Part shown: positions 41,299 to 51,199 of the stretch, piece by piece | Numbering within the stretch: the stretch's first letter is position 1 | How the letters are laid out: the number at the start of each line of letters is the position of its first letter | IMG/VR virus record: IMGVR_UViG_3300025015_000014 | Span: 68,787 to 132,786 of that record | Length of the DNA stretch: 64,000 nucleotides | Strand: one strand, 5' to 3' | Source: a virus | Notes under the pieces: model-generated | Database searches by the model: none | What the model was told of the DNA's origin: nothing | What the model saw: the letters and a program-made list of their open reading frames with translations, nothing else | Translations under genes and position numbers: made by a program

Positions 41299-41532
41299 TC
41301 AGTCAGCGTATTGAGTCAAGACCACTCGGGGTTCTCCATCAGTTGAACCAATTTCCTGCACGCTACTTCTCTTGGGGTCAAGCCAAGGAGCTATTCCCTC
41401 ATCCGCAGCAATGGTTGCAGCGAACTCGCGTGCTCCTTGTTCGTCCACAGCAACCACCAACACAGCGTGGGTTTCTTCCCAGCCAAGTTTGCCCCTATCA
41501 AGATTCCTACGGTCTAAAAAGTAGTGTTTCAT
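41299..41532 (-). CDS. hypothetical protein
   Basis: GGAGG SD. Confidence 0.55.
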   Translation of the reverse strand: MKHYFLDRRNLDRGKLGWEETHAVLVVAVDEQGAREFAATIAADEGIAPWLDPKRSSVQEIGSTDGEPRVVLTQYAD

Positions 41533-41593
41533 TGGGCACCTCCCAGGTATGATACCCCATCCCGCCAAGTCCGGCGGAAGAGGAGATGTTCCT

Positions 41594-42046
41594 ATGTTTG
41601 AGGTGCAAGACCGCATCTATGCCCTTCTATGTGAACTGGTGACCCTGACTGAAACTTGGACACGGACAAGACCCCAATGCTTCCAGGCCACCCATAACAA
41701 CCCCCTTGCTTTTGCCAAGGAATATCGAACCGTTCGTTTCGGCAGTGCCCGGATGATAGGACACACCACGGCAGGACTCAGACTCGCCAATGCCGATCCC
41801 AACTGTTCTGCTCTCTTCTTGGTTCTTCGACAAGACATGATCAGGTCCGTCCGCGACATCGGGCACCAACTGAATCTCGGTAAGCATGTCCAGCTGAATT
41901 ATGTGTCATCTGAGAACTGGCAGAACAGACCCTATGGTCTGGTCATTGTAGACTGTGCTGCTTTTCTTTCTCATGGAAACCAGGATAAAGTATATGCCCT
42001 TGCCCGAGATGTGGAACACTGTCCCCTGTTTGTGTTCCTAGAATGA
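41594..42046 (+). CDS. hypothetical protein
   Basis: AGGAG SD; 150 aa. Confidence 0.55.
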   Translation: MFEVQDRIYALLCELVTLTETWTRTRPQCFQATHNNPLAFAKEYRTVRFGSARMIGHTTAGLRLANADPNCSALFLVLRQDMIRSVRDIGHQLNLGKHVQLNYVSSENWQNRPYGLVIVDCAAFLSHGNQDKVYALARDVEHCPLFVFLE

Positions 42047-42048
42047 CT

Positions 42049-42123
42049 TGGTGAGCGAGGAGGGATTTGAACCCCCGACCACCTGCGTGTAAAGCAGGCG
42101 CTCTCCCCCTGAGCTACTCGCCC
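42049..42123 (-). tRNA. tRNA-Val(TAC)
   Basis: CCTGC TTTACAC GCAGG; CCA end. Confidence 0.92.
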
Positions 42124-42172
42124 GTTCCTATTTTTGTTTGCTCTTCTGGGCGCAACGAATGACCCAGTAGAC

Positions 42173-43231
42173 TCATCCAAAGAAGTCCAAAACCGTGGGT
42201 TGCTTAAGGGGCGGTGTCAAATTCACCCCCTTGCGAAAAAATACCACGGGTTCCGAGCGGTACAGGCCGGAAGAAGCCTTGTTATACTGATGCTGCGAAA
42301 GCAGCATCTGCCAGACAAAATGCCCAATGAACACGCGACTAGCAAGCTGCACTACCGTCGTCAACATATTGGGGTTGACGTTTAGCACAAGCCACCCTCT
42401 GTCAGATAACAACCGGTGTGCGTGCCATATCAAAGGCCAAAGGAACCCAGCCTCCCATTGTTCTTGAGTAGGGTATCGCAAGTAGGATTGTCCAGCATCC
42501 TCAGAATACTTTTCGACGTTGAAATACGGAGGGCTAGTAAGAACCAAGTCTGGGGTCACACCCAGGCTTGGCATCAAGTCTTCGGCACATCCGTCAAGGA
42601 GACTAACTTGAAAGGTTGTGTTCACCTTAGCTGCCAAGTCCCGGAAGAATTCTCGGTTCCTGTTTTGGGCTTCTTGATGGGGATCAACACCCACATATCG
42701 AACTTTGGCGGCCATGGCTCCGAACAATCGGCCGCCCCAACCCGCACAAGGATCCATTACCGTCTTGGCCCCGACATACTCAATGATGCTTTTGGCCACG
42801 GTGGGTCGGAAGTTGGACACCCGTTGGGTTCGCCGCAAGGCATAAATGCTTTTTCGGATGCCCCAGGGCTTCAGGTTGTCTCCATACCGGATCCGTTTAC
42901 GGATGGCCTCCCGCAACAAAGCGTCATCAGCAAAAACCTCCAGCGGGGTCATAAACCCACGACACCGCACCCCCAACATCTCGGGGTGGTAGGAATTGAT
43001 AATCCCTAAACCCACCATGGATTGCCGGATCACTCCGGTATCTATGTCGATACAGGAAGGAGTGGCCACCAGTTTGAGGTACTCCTGTTCCAGGTTCTCT
43101 TTTGCATACGCGGGGTAGGGGAACCCATTGGTCCGGAGTTGTTGAAAGACCTGATCTTCCAGGAATTGCTCCTCGGAGGAGTTTCGGCCCGGCCGGTTCT
43201 TTCGGAAGTCAATCTGGTCCAGGGACAGCAT
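42173..43231 (-). CDS. SAM-dependent amino-DNA methyltransferase
   Basis: DPCAGWGGR (SAM binding) and TSPPY. Confidence 0.8.
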   Translation of the reverse strand: MLSLDQIDFRKNRPGRNSSEEQFLEDQVFQQLRTNGFPYPAYAKENLEQEYLKLVATPSCIDIDTGVIRQSMVGLGIINSYHPEMLGVRCRGFMTPLEVFADDALLREAIRKRIRYGDNLKPWGIRKSIYALRRTQRVSNFRPTVAKSIIEYVGAKTVMDPCAGWGGRLFGAMAAKVRYVGVDPHQEAQNRNREFFRDLAAKVNTTFQVSLLDGCAEDLMPSLGVTPDLVLTSPPYFNVEKYSEDAGQSYLRYPTQEQWEAGFLWPLIWHAHRLLSDRGWLVLNVNPNMLTTVVQLASRVFIGHFVWQMLLSQHQYNKASSGLYRSEPVVFFRKGVNLTPPLKQPTVLDFFG

Positions 43232-43235
43232 TGGG

Positions 43236-43308
43236 TGGGCCTTCAGGGAGTCGAACCCTGGACCAATCGGTTATGAGCCGAGTGCGCTGACCGCTGCGCT
43301 AAAGGCCC
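43236..43308 (-). tRNA. tRNA CAT anticodon (probably Ile2)
   Basis: Loop CTCATAA; GGGCCTT acceptor. Confidence 0.85.
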
Positions 43309-43311
43309 GTG

Positions 43312-43560
43312 TTAGAACCCTTCCTGCCTACGTCTTTCCTCTACTCCCAGAACCACATAACGACGGCCACAGAGCAGGCAGTAAGCGTAGTCTACCAAAC
43401 GGTTTTGTTGATCCCGCATGAGCATGACCACTCCTGTCTTGCACCCGGGTTCTGTGCAATCGGGCGACCCTGGTTTCTTCAAGGGTAGCCCATACCGGAG
43501 TTCGACCTCTTTCCGGTATGCCTCGGGATCGGTCTCAGCCAACTTCTCCATATCCAGCAT
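43312..43560 (-). CDS. hypothetical Zn-ribbon protein
   Basis: CxxxxC...CxxC. Confidence 0.5.
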   Translation of the reverse strand: MLDMEKLAETDPEAYRKEVELRYGLPLKKPGSPDCTEPGCKTGVVMLMRDQQNRLVDYAYCLLCGRRYVVLGVEERRRQEGF

Positions 43561-43570
43561 CAAAATCTCC

Positions 43571-43837
43571 TCAGACTCTGATGCCCTCAGCATCAGCAAC
43601 AAGATCCCAGATCCGCTGGATGTTCTCCAGGGTCAATCGGACACCCTTCTTGGTGAACCCGGTGTAGGTGTCCGATTCCACAAACTCCCGGAGATCCCAA
43701 ATCGGTCCCTGAGGGGTCTTGATCTTGCGAAACTTGTACCTGCCAATGTCCCCATAGTCCTTGAGAACCGGCTCTGGTTTGAATTCCCGTTGTTTCTTCG
43801 GCTTGGCCCCGTCAGGGGCAGGAATAGGTGTTGTCAT
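43571..43837 (-). CDS. PC4/YdbC-like ssDNA-binding protein
   Basis: WDLREF......FTKKGVRL. Confidence 0.7.
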   Translation of the reverse strand: MTTPIPAPDGAKPKKQREFKPEPVLKDYGDIGRYKFRKIKTPQGPIWDLREFVESDTYTGFTKKGVRLTLENIQRIWDLVADAEGIRV

Positions 43838-44031
43838 TGGTCCTCTCTTTTGGCGCACCGTTCCAGAACGCCGTACCGCTCGGGCCGTTTGGCAATCAAA
43901 CGGCGAATCTCTTCGGACGACAAAGGGTTGGGGCCTGTTTGAATCTCGTTAAACACTTGACAGATCTCAAAACAACGACGTTCCGCCGCGTGCCACAAAT
44001 CCAACTGCTCCAGTCTGCCCTCTTTCACCCG

Positions 44032-44274
44032 CTAGTCCCCCGGTTTGTCCTCGGTCCCGTTCGGTTTGGCCCCCTTCTTGAAGCCCCTCTTGTCAGACCT
44101 CTTGATGACCAGATCCCCGCCGAACTCATCCCCGTCCTCATCCGGAAAGAACAACAGAACGGTGTTGCTCAGGTCAATCGAAATCGGAAGGTCCGTGACA
44201 CCCACGTAGAAATCATGATCCGTCTTGTCTCGTCTTCCTCGAAGTCGCAGTCGAATCTCATTGTTTGGTCCCAT
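44032..44274 (-). CDS. hypothetical protein
   Basis: AAGGA SD; 80 aa. Confidence 0.55.
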   Translation of the reverse strand: MGPNNEIRLRLRGRRDKTDHDFYVGVTDLPISIDLSNTVLLFFPDEDGDEFGGDLVIKRSDKRGFKKGAKPNGTEDKPGD

Positions 44275-44591
44275 GTGCGTATTCCTTTACTACAATCGGT
44301 ACATCAGTCAGCAAACGATGAAAACCCTCGGGGTCAGGATGCTCTATGTCCACATTCTGATCCCATCCGTGTGGAAGAAGCAACCCGTACACCTCGCACT
44401 CTACCCGACCCCGACCGAAATCCACATGACGACCACGGACATCCAGGTATGCCTCAGCCTCAGCCCGTGTCCGCCAACAACAACCACCCTCATACCCCTC
44501 TTGTCGGCCGAGCTTGAGAACTGTATCTGGGGTCTCTCGTAGAGCCTTGTCATAGCCTTTCTTGTTCCCTATCGTGAAAGCATGGGCTGGT

Positions 44592-45182
44592 TCATAGCCG
44601 GAGGACCTTGTCTGGAAGTACCTGGAAAGCCCATCGCTCCCCCGTCTTGAAGAACCTTTGAGCAGCCTGAGCCAAATAGCTCGACACCATTCCGATGAAA
44701 GGGAGATGCTCCCCGTTCTCGCAAGTGGCCTGCCCCTCCCCCGCCTCGTCGGGCTTGAACTGTTCAGTCCAGACGACCCGTCCAATAGTACCCTCAGCAC
44801 CCAGACAACCATGAAGGCAAGGAATCCCCATAGGCTTGACGAACCCCTGGATGACCCTGCGGGCCTCCGCATTGTCGGTGCAGTCAATGACCAAAGCAGC
44901 ACCACCCAGGAGGGCCTCAGCATTGTCCGAAGTGAGCCGATGAGGGATTGCCTCCACCCTGACCCCAAACATTCCCTGGAGAGCTTGCTGGAACGCCTGG
45001 GCCTTGTTCCGACCCACGCCCATCGTGGTGTGAAACTGGGACATGACGTTCTTTTTCTCGACCCGGTCGAAGTCACAAACCCGAATCGGGTAAAGGCCCA
45101 CCGGGCAGGCCCAGTTACGGAGAAGGAGTCCCAGGTGTGACCCAAGTGCTCCGACTCCGACGATGACGATAGGGGGCTTCAT
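44592..45182 (-). CDS. ThiF/E1-like ubiquitin-like activating enzyme
   Basis: IVGVGALGS, DFDRVEKKN, NKA, IDCTDN...R, TCE; GGAG SD at MKPP. Confidence 0.88.
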   Translation of the reverse strand: MKPPIVIVGVGALGSHLGLLLRNWACPVGLYPIRVCDFDRVEKKNVMSQFHTTMGVGRNKAQAFQQALQGMFGVRVEAIPHRLTSDNAEALLGGAALVIDCTDNAEARRVIQGFVKPMGIPCLHGCLGAEGTIGRVVWTEQFKPDEAGEGQATCENGEHLPFIGMVSSYLAQAAQRFFKTGERWAFQVLPDKVLRL

Positions 45183-45222
45183 GGTCCCACTCCTCACAGA
45201 CACTACTCTAAACCACCGTCAT

Positions 45223-45594
45223 CTAAGCCGTTGCTGTCCAGCGGTTGTTGGGATTGCTTTTGACCCCCCGGAAGTCTCGGGTCAGTTCTCGATGTTTGGC
45301 TTGGAACCCCTGGGCCACCAAGGCGGCTCGAATGACAGGGGCCGGGACATGTAACCTGAAGTTGAGACACTGAACATCGTTGTGATCGAACTGGGTCTCA
45401 CCACTGTCCCGAAGTTCCTTTGTAAAGGCTTCCAAGGACGAATAGACAGGGTCGTTCGGATCCTTCAACCCGAACCGCTCATCTTCCCCCATCCAATCGA
45501 CCGGCTCCTTTCGCATGAGGCGCCGTTCGAGCCGGTCTTCTTCCCGTTCCTCTTCACGGATAGCATCGTAAGGGATGTAGGAAAGGCGTCCCAT
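45223..45594 (-). CDS. hypothetical protein
   Basis: 123 aa with its own promoter motif. Confidence 0.6.
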   Translation of the reverse strand: MGRLSYIPYDAIREEEREEDRLERRLMRKEPVDWMGEDERFGLKDPNDPVYSSLEAFTKELRDSGETQFDHNDVQCLNFRLHVPAPVIRAALVAQGFQAKHRELTRDFRGVKSNPNNRWTATA

Positions 45595-45601
45595 GCCCCT
45601 A

Positions 45602-45964
45602 CTACGCAGAGGAGCATGGGCCTAAGCCACGGCACTTAGACCCGAATGGCGTTTTCGGTCTAATTATGAGTCTCGATGGCATCGGCGGATCTGCCGTGGC
45701 CGGAAACCGATCCACCACGAAATCCTTCAACTCGGCTGTCGCGTCCATCTTGATCCCCGGCACGTAGCCAGCCCGGATTCCCTCCTGGGCGATGCGGAGT
45801 ATCTCAACGTCCGAGGAATCGTAAAGCACCGCATCCGGGTTGTCCCCGTTCTGACCGGCCCAGGTAATGTTGAGCACCGCCTGATCGGCCCGAATCTGAA
45901 TCGCCGCCTTTGGACCGGCTACGATATCCTCTACTGCCTGGTCCATTTCTTTGTCTGCCTTCAT
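45602..45964 (-). CDS. putative ubiquitin-like (beta-grasp) protein
   Basis: Small; LNITW first strand, helix, terminal strand LIIRPKTPFG then a 12-aa tail; lies between JAB and E1. Confidence 0.55.
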   Translation of the reverse strand: MKADKEMDQAVEDIVAGPKAAIQIRADQAVLNITWAGQNGDNPDAVLYDSSDVEILRIAQEGIRAGYVPGIKMDATAELKDFVVDRFPATADPPMPSRLIIRPKTPFGSKCRGLGPCSSA

Positions 45965-46027
45965 CGGAGCACCTTCCTTCCCTTGCGAGAAATTCCCGCA
46001 TCCTTTTCTACTCGAAACCCGTTCCGG

Positions 46028-46405
46028 CTAAGCCCCAGATCGTCGCCGAAGTTCAGCCAGCCCCGCGAAATGCCCCTCTTCATACGTGGGATTCACTTGA
46101 ACATATTCCTCTGTCACACGGTTGAACACGTAGTAGCGCACGTCATTGAACGTGACCACCGGCCACAACAACAACCGACCCAAACCCTTTTCAAGTGCTC
46201 GCCATGTAGTCGTGTCGGTGTTCGAAGGGGCCGCCGGGCCAGCCCAGGGGTGCGTGTGGGCAACCCCACCAATCTCTTCTCGGTGTTCCCATAGGAAAGT
46301 CCAAAGGTCATGGCTATCCGGGAGGTAGGTTCCTGTAGTACCTTGCGGGTCGTGCCACAACAACGTCTGGCCTTCTCGGTTGAACACGACAGCCACTTCG
46401 TGCAT
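46028..46405 (-). CDS. JAB/MPN+ metalloprotease
   Basis: E...HTHP....PSxxD; start adjusted to MHEVAV (GGAGAGG SD). Confidence 0.85.
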   Translation of the reverse strand: MHEVAVVFNREGQTLLWHDPQGTTGTYLPDSHDLWTFLWEHREEIGGVAHTHPWAGPAAPSNTDTTTWRALEKGLGRLLLWPVVTFNDVRYYVFNRVTEEYVQVNPTYEEGHFAGLAELRRRSGA

Positions 46406-46812
46406 CTGCCTCTCCCCGGAGTAAAGAACCGCGACTCCCTCAGGCATCGGTTGGACGATCATGGGATCAATACGAGAAGCTAAGAGCCTTCCCATTGGCG
46501 TGAGAATGGGTTTGCCCATGCTTTTCACTCCACCGTGCTTCCCGTCTCAGGAAGAACCAACCCGCAACCCGGGCACGTCCAAGTGTTACAGTCCGGGTAC
46601 TCTGTTGTCGCTGGGGTGGCGTGCATTTCACTCTTACACTTAGGGCATTGTCCCGGCCCTGTTTTTATTTGGGATTGAAATCACCTGCTGTTGGCAACCC
46701 TATGAAGCCGTTGGCTCCGATGAAAGTACCGGGGAGTGACTCGCTCAAGGCAACCTGATCGGGTGTCAGGATCCGTTCCTTCAAAGCCCGTGCGAGGAAC
46801 AGATCCATCATT

Positions 46813-47814
46813 TCACGGTTCGTCATTCCCGTCCTCCTCGTCACGATCTGCATCCCAAGCTGGCCTGTCCCCATCGACATGTCGCCAAACCACCAACTTA
46901 TGCCGACGGATGGCTTCAGCAACTACAGCAGGTAGGCTTTCGAGAGTGAAGAAAGTGTCCCCCTTGGTGCCCAGATGGTCATCCAAGCAGACCCCGGCAT
47001 CAATTACCCGGAGGGTCTTGGCATCAACCACACACTCCAGTCGCCGGTTGTGTGTTCGATACTGGACCACTATCTCTCCCTTGTTATGCGAGGGCCGACA
47101 AGCCAAGAGTTCAGACCCCGACACCGCAAGAGCCGCCTTTGCTGCTGTCTCAAAGTCCATCGCAGCCATTGCCCGTCGGCCAAGCCCGGTACCCAGACTC
47201 TGCATGGCTTCCTGACGTTTCCCTTCCAGAACACGTTGCTTGGCTTCCTCAGCCCGGATCCGTTCCAGTTCCTTCCGACGCTCTTCAGCTTTGACCCTTT
47301 GGTGAATCACCCATCGGAAAGCCAAATCCAAAGCCGGGGTCACTTGGGGGATGTTTCCCACTGAGTCCTTGCGATCCAGATAGGCGGCAAGAACTGCCCC
47401 TTCTGGCCCCAAAGGGAACTCCTGTCGGATGTAAACCCATTGGTCATTACCATGTTGAACAACCAGGGCACGAGTGAAATGTTCTAGCCCAGGCTCTACA
47501 AGGAACACGGGTTTCGTTTGTTCGATGAGTTTGGCCGGGTCTGTTTCGACCCGAGCCTTGTCTGGAATGAGCCGATTACCGACCAGATAGCCCCGAAGTG
47601 GGGTTCGCCCCGTTTCAAAACCGGCGGGCATTTCGGCCGGACTTTGAAGAGTCGCTTTTCGTCCCCCGGTTACTGTAAAGGAGAACCACCCGTGTTCCTC
47701 CGGGAGTTTCCCCTGGATTTTCCACACACGGGACCGGTCACTGATTTCCCTTCCACCGAGCCAGGGTAGAACCCTGACTTCGGTTTCCGGTTGCAGTAGG
47801 TCTTCCCAGCCCAC
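46813..47814 (-). CDS. protein with putative divergent E2-like C-terminal domain
   Basis: DAGVCLDDH...TLESLPAVV echoes the E2 G-x-(I/V)-C-L...T(L/I) pattern; context supports it. Confidence 0.5.
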   Translation of the reverse strand: MGWEDLLQPETEVRVLPWLGGREISDRSRVWKIQGKLPEEHGWFSFTVTGGRKATLQSPAEMPAGFETGRTPLRGYLVGNRLIPDKARVETDPAKLIEQTKPVFLVEPGLEHFTRALVVQHGNDQWVYIRQEFPLGPEGAVLAAYLDRKDSVGNIPQVTPALDLAFRWVIHQRVKAEERRKELERIRAEEAKQRVLEGKRQEAMQSLGTGLGRRAMAAMDFETAAKAALAVSGSELLACRPSHNKGEIVVQYRTHNRRLECVVDAKTLRVIDAGVCLDDHLGTKGDTFFTLESLPAVVAEAIRRHKLVVWRHVDGDRPAWDADRDEEDGNDEP

Positions 47815-47842
47815 GGCTATCCTTTCCGGGTTGCTGGCTAGA

Positions 47843-48130
47843 CTAGGTCACCGAGATGCCTTTGCTTCTCAAGAAGGCATGGACCTTCGTAGGATCGTCT
47901 GTCCAGGTTTGGGTTTTCGTTCCGTCATCTACCAGTCCGCAAGCCTGAGCCACCTTTGGGAATGCCTTTTGGAGGGTGCTTTCCAAAACACCTTTGAGAT
48001 GACTTTGGTTGCACGTCTTGGCCCACCCGGCTGTCACAGCAACGAACCCCTGCTCTTTCTTCTGCCGGTCGATTTCAGCCAGCACCCACTTCTTCAGGGC
48101 AACAAAAACAGGCTTGGGCAATACAGTCAT
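47843..48130 (-). CDS. hypothetical protein
   Basis: AAGGAG SD and promoter motif. Confidence 0.6.
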   Translation of the reverse strand: MTVLPKPVFVALKKWVLAEIDRQKKEQGFVAVTAGWAKTCNQSHLKGVLESTLQKAFPKVAQACGLVDDGTKTQTWTDDPTKVHAFLRSKGISVT

Positions 48131-48196
48131 CTCAACTCTCCTTGCCCTCTTCTACGCGGGAGGATCCGGAACTAAGCCCGGACTCCCCGTGATAGG

Positions 48197-50071
48197 TCAA
48201 GCAGCCCAGGCGGGCTTGGCCAGGAGTTCCGTCCTGAGAATCTCCTCAACCAGGGTCTTCTGCACGGCCCTACGAGCAGCCGCCTTGACCGGAGTCGAGG
48301 CAATCAGATGACGAAGAATCCGGGGAATGGCATAGGCATCCTGTCCCTCAAACATCTTCTCTGAGATGTCAAAACACGGGATTCCCATCTGAAGAGCCGT
48401 CCACCGAACGATCTCCCCATCCTGGCCGGGAACCTTCAAGAGTCCAAAGGCCACCGGATTGACTCCCATCTGTCGGATGGTCTCTGCCAATCGGGTGTTG
48501 TTCGACTCGCCTTCGTCCCCAATGAAAAGGAACAGGGCGTCCTCATCCGGTCCCGGCTTGTGCCCCGCCAAAGCCTGCACACCCTCATGGTAGTACGTTC
48601 CACCACCAGCCGTGTGCCCCTTGAATGCCTGGGCCACAGCAGCAGCCGAAGCCGCCTTGAGAGTGACCTCAGACCCGACCGTGTTGAACACGGAAACATG
48701 CAACCGATCCAGAGGGAACCCCACCAAGAGCCGGGTCAGATACCCCTTGGCAGCCTCCAGTGAGTTGTGCATGGACCCGGACTTGTCCACCACGCAGTAC
48801 ACCCGCAAACCCCGAGTGACTTCCTCCAAAGCCTTTGCCGTGGCCTTGTCAGCCACATCCTGGAGCTTCTCAGCCGTTTCGGTCTTGCGAACCCTTTGAG
48901 CAATGTTCGCCGCCCTTTGGTCCGTAGCCTTCTTGGTGGCTTCCGTCCATTGAGCCGACACCCCCGGATCCTGAAGCAAACCCAGTTCTTCCAGGGTCGG
49001 AGTCAAGATGATTAAGTCAGAGTGGGACAGGCCACCTGCCTCAATGGCACAAGCCATGATGGCCCGAGTCACACCAACAGTTGCCGGGAGCATTCCGACG
49101 ATCCGCTTCCAGTTGGGCTTGTCCTTCTTGATCCGGTTGCAGATCTGACGTTCGGTCAAACCCTCCCAGGATTCAGCCTGAGCTACCTCAGCCCCAATGG
49201 CCATACCACGACGACCATCCTTTGACTGTTTCTGCTTCCACCGAAGAGCCTGAAAGAACCCGAGGCTCCCCGGCTTGTAGCCGATCCGGGCACAGAGCCG
49301 CTTGACAGTCGAACGGAAGCCTGCCTTGACAAGCCCCTCCAACATCCTGGGGTTGTTCTCCCGGAAACGGAGCCACTTCTGGATGGCCTTCGAGTAACGA
49401 CCCATGAATGGTTCACGAGCCGACTTGCCAAATCCGAGGTCACGGTTGATTGCCGCAACCTGGGGCAGAGCCAGAAGATCCCCGACCCGGATCAGGAGCT
49501 TTGGGTTGAGATCCTTCTTGCCGTCACGTAGCAGGAACATGGCCTCGCCCACATCCCTGAAGTCATCATCATGGAACTCGATCTTTCCATCGGTACCCTT
49601 GACCGGTTCACCCTTGCGACCCTGAACCAGCATGAAAGCTGCCAAGGCCGTCTTCAGATCCCGGTTGTCCTGAGCAAAGGCCCAGGAGGCCCACCGGGCC
49701 GCAAACTCGTTGTCGAGTTTGTAGACTTCGGCGATCTGGCCGTACACGTATGCCGCGACTTCAGGGAAGATCCCCGGCATCTGGAAACGGGCAACGACCT
49801 GGTTATTTTCCTTGACCTTGCCGTCGATCCCCAAAACACCAACACGAGTACGAATGGACTTCTTGCCGACCTTGGACAACTTGTAGACGACCTTGACCTT
49901 GGGTTCGCCCTCTTCCTTCCAAGAGGCAGGTTCCCACTTGGCCCCAACAGGGGAACCCTGATCTGGGATTACGATGCCGGGTCGATTGTGTACCATATGG
50001 TCAACGATGCCTGTGAGGGTCTGAAGGATCCGTTCTGCCGGGCCGAGGGTTTCAATTCGCTTCTGGTCCAT
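48197..50071 (-). CDS. Ro60/TROVE-like helical domain plus C-terminal vWA protein
   Basis: 624 aa, basic helical N-region, MIDAS VVDKSGSM...GGT...IGDE. The vWA call is firm; TROVE is inferred from architecture and the adjacent RNAs. Confidence 0.65.
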   Translation of the reverse strand: MDQKRIETLGPAERILQTLTGIVDHMVHNRPGIVIPDQGSPVGAKWEPASWKEEGEPKVKVVYKLSKVGKKSIRTRVGVLGIDGKVKENNQVVARFQMPGIFPEVAAYVYGQIAEVYKLDNEFAARWASWAFAQDNRDLKTALAAFMLVQGRKGEPVKGTDGKIEFHDDDFRDVGEAMFLLRDGKKDLNPKLLIRVGDLLALPQVAAINRDLGFGKSAREPFMGRYSKAIQKWLRFRENNPRMLEGLVKAGFRSTVKRLCARIGYKPGSLGFFQALRWKQKQSKDGRRGMAIGAEVAQAESWEGLTERQICNRIKKDKPNWKRIVGMLPATVGVTRAIMACAIEAGGLSHSDLIILTPTLEELGLLQDPGVSAQWTEATKKATDQRAANIAQRVRKTETAEKLQDVADKATAKALEEVTRGLRVYCVVDKSGSMHNSLEAAKGYLTRLLVGFPLDRLHVSVFNTVGSEVTLKAASAAAVAQAFKGHTAGGGTYYHEGVQALAGHKPGPDEDALFLFIGDEGESNNTRLAETIRQMGVNPVAFGLLKVPGQDGEIVRWTALQMGIPCFDISEKMFEGQDAYAIPRILRHLIASTPVKAAARRAVQKTLVEEILRTELLAKPAWAA

Positions 50072-50206
50072 GTTGTTTCCTCCGTCGTTCCAGCCTGCTC
50101 TCCCGAGTCAGGCGGATGTTGTTGTCCCCCTCCCCCGCAGGGGAAAGGAACGAGTGAGGTTCCTGCCGGTCTACCCGAAACTCGAACGAACTAAGCCCAT
50201 AAATGC

Positions 50207-50247
50207 AAAACGGGGCAGCCATCCAGTGAGGGTGACTGCCCCGTTTT
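50207..50247. terminator. bidirectional intrinsic terminator
   Basis: aaaacggggcag...ctgccccgtttt, downstream of the ncRNA array. Confidence 0.7.
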
Positions 50248-50257
50248 AGGGTCTCTC

Positions 50258-50337
50258 GGCGAACGAGAAAAGGGGGGGTGTTTGAACCCGCTACCGATTG
50301 AGATATCTACGCTTATCCACCCACTTGATTGTGCGCC
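50258..50337 (-). ncRNA. Y-RNA-like RNA D
   Basis: GGCGCAC-AATC ... TCTC-GTTCGCC terminal helix. Confidence 0.6.
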
Positions 50338-50344
50338 AAAACTA

Positions 50345-50489
50345 TGGAAGCCCCTGCCAGGATTTGAACCTGGGCCTCATTGCGTGTGTGCTTCCGAGAT
50401 TGTGTCTCCCCGCAGGAAGAAACGAGTACGAAAGCGGTGTGCTTGTTCAGCCTTGGATGGGCTGCGCTCTACCATTGAGCTACAGGGGC
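50345..50489 (-). ncRNA. tRNA-like RNA E with permuted Y-like helix in the variable arm
   Basis: GCCCCTG/CAGGGGC acceptor, D and T arms, loop CATCCAA, ~70-nt insert ACTC-GT...AC-AATC. Confidence 0.7.
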
Positions 50490-50494
50490 AAAGA

Positions 50495-50817
50495 ACGAAC
50501 CCAAAATGGAGATCCTGACCGAGGGGGATTGTTTAGGCCCCCCACCGCCTCATGCAGTCACGTTATTCCGGCACATCCCCTACGGCGGTTGATCGGACCA
50601 CCATCAAAAGGGTCGGCAGGCTTTTACCTGCACAGAAGGGTGCTCAAACCAATAAACCCCTCTGCCCGACTGATTGGGTAAAGAACCGCACTAACCCCAA
50701 CAGTCTGCCGTTACACTTCCGCACAAGTTGGACCAGTCCGGTTCTTGTTGACTGTGCCTTCCTGCGAGCAGCAGGTAGATTTTCAGCCACCAGTCAGAAG
50801 CTCCATTCTGGGTTCGT
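50495..50817 (-). ncRNA. ~320-nt structured RNA of unknown family
   Basis: ACGAACCCAGAATGGAG pairs with CTCCATTTTGGGTTCGT at the two ends. Confidence 0.6.
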
Positions 50818-50879
50818 GCTGCCTAAGGGTTTGTACCTGAGCGTTTAGCCCGTGGTACTCGAAGCACCAAAAGAATTGA

Positions 50880-51008
50880 GGGCACGCGAGAGGACAGGCT
50901 GTTTTTGTTGCATTTAGTCGGATTTGAACCGACGACATTCACCGTGTAAAGGGTAACGCCCTACCAACTGGGCTATAAACGCTTGTTAGCCTGCCCGATT
51001 GCGTGCCT
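50880..51008 (-). ncRNA. Y-RNA-like RNA A enclosing a tRNA-Val(TAC)-like core
   Basis: GGCACGC-AATC-GGGCAGGCT / AGCCTGTCC-TCTC-GCGTGCC around D, anticodon and T arms. Confidence 0.75.
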
Positions 51009-51059
51009 CAGAGGGGCAAGCACTTTTCAAGGTGCTTGCCCCAGATCAAAAAAGGTCTT

Positions 51060-51199
51060 GGAGCACGAGAGGGCAGGCTGTTTAGTTCCCTCCCCTTACG
51101 GGGAAAGAATGCAGTCGGAGTTGAACCGACAACTTTCAACTTGGCAGGTTGATGCTCTACCAACTGAGCTTTGCTTGTTAGCCTACCTGATTGTGCTCC
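51060..51199 (-). ncRNA. Y-RNA-like RNA B enclosing a tRNA-Gly(GCC)-like core
   Basis: GGAGCAC-AATC-AGGTAGGCT / AGCCTGCCC-TCTC-GTGCTCC; GCTCAGTTGGTAGAGC; GGTTCAACTCC. Confidence 0.75.

Noticed and set aside
50495-50817. RNase P RNA
   Set aside because: No GAGGAAAGUCC or terminal ACAGAA..CGGCUUA signatures.
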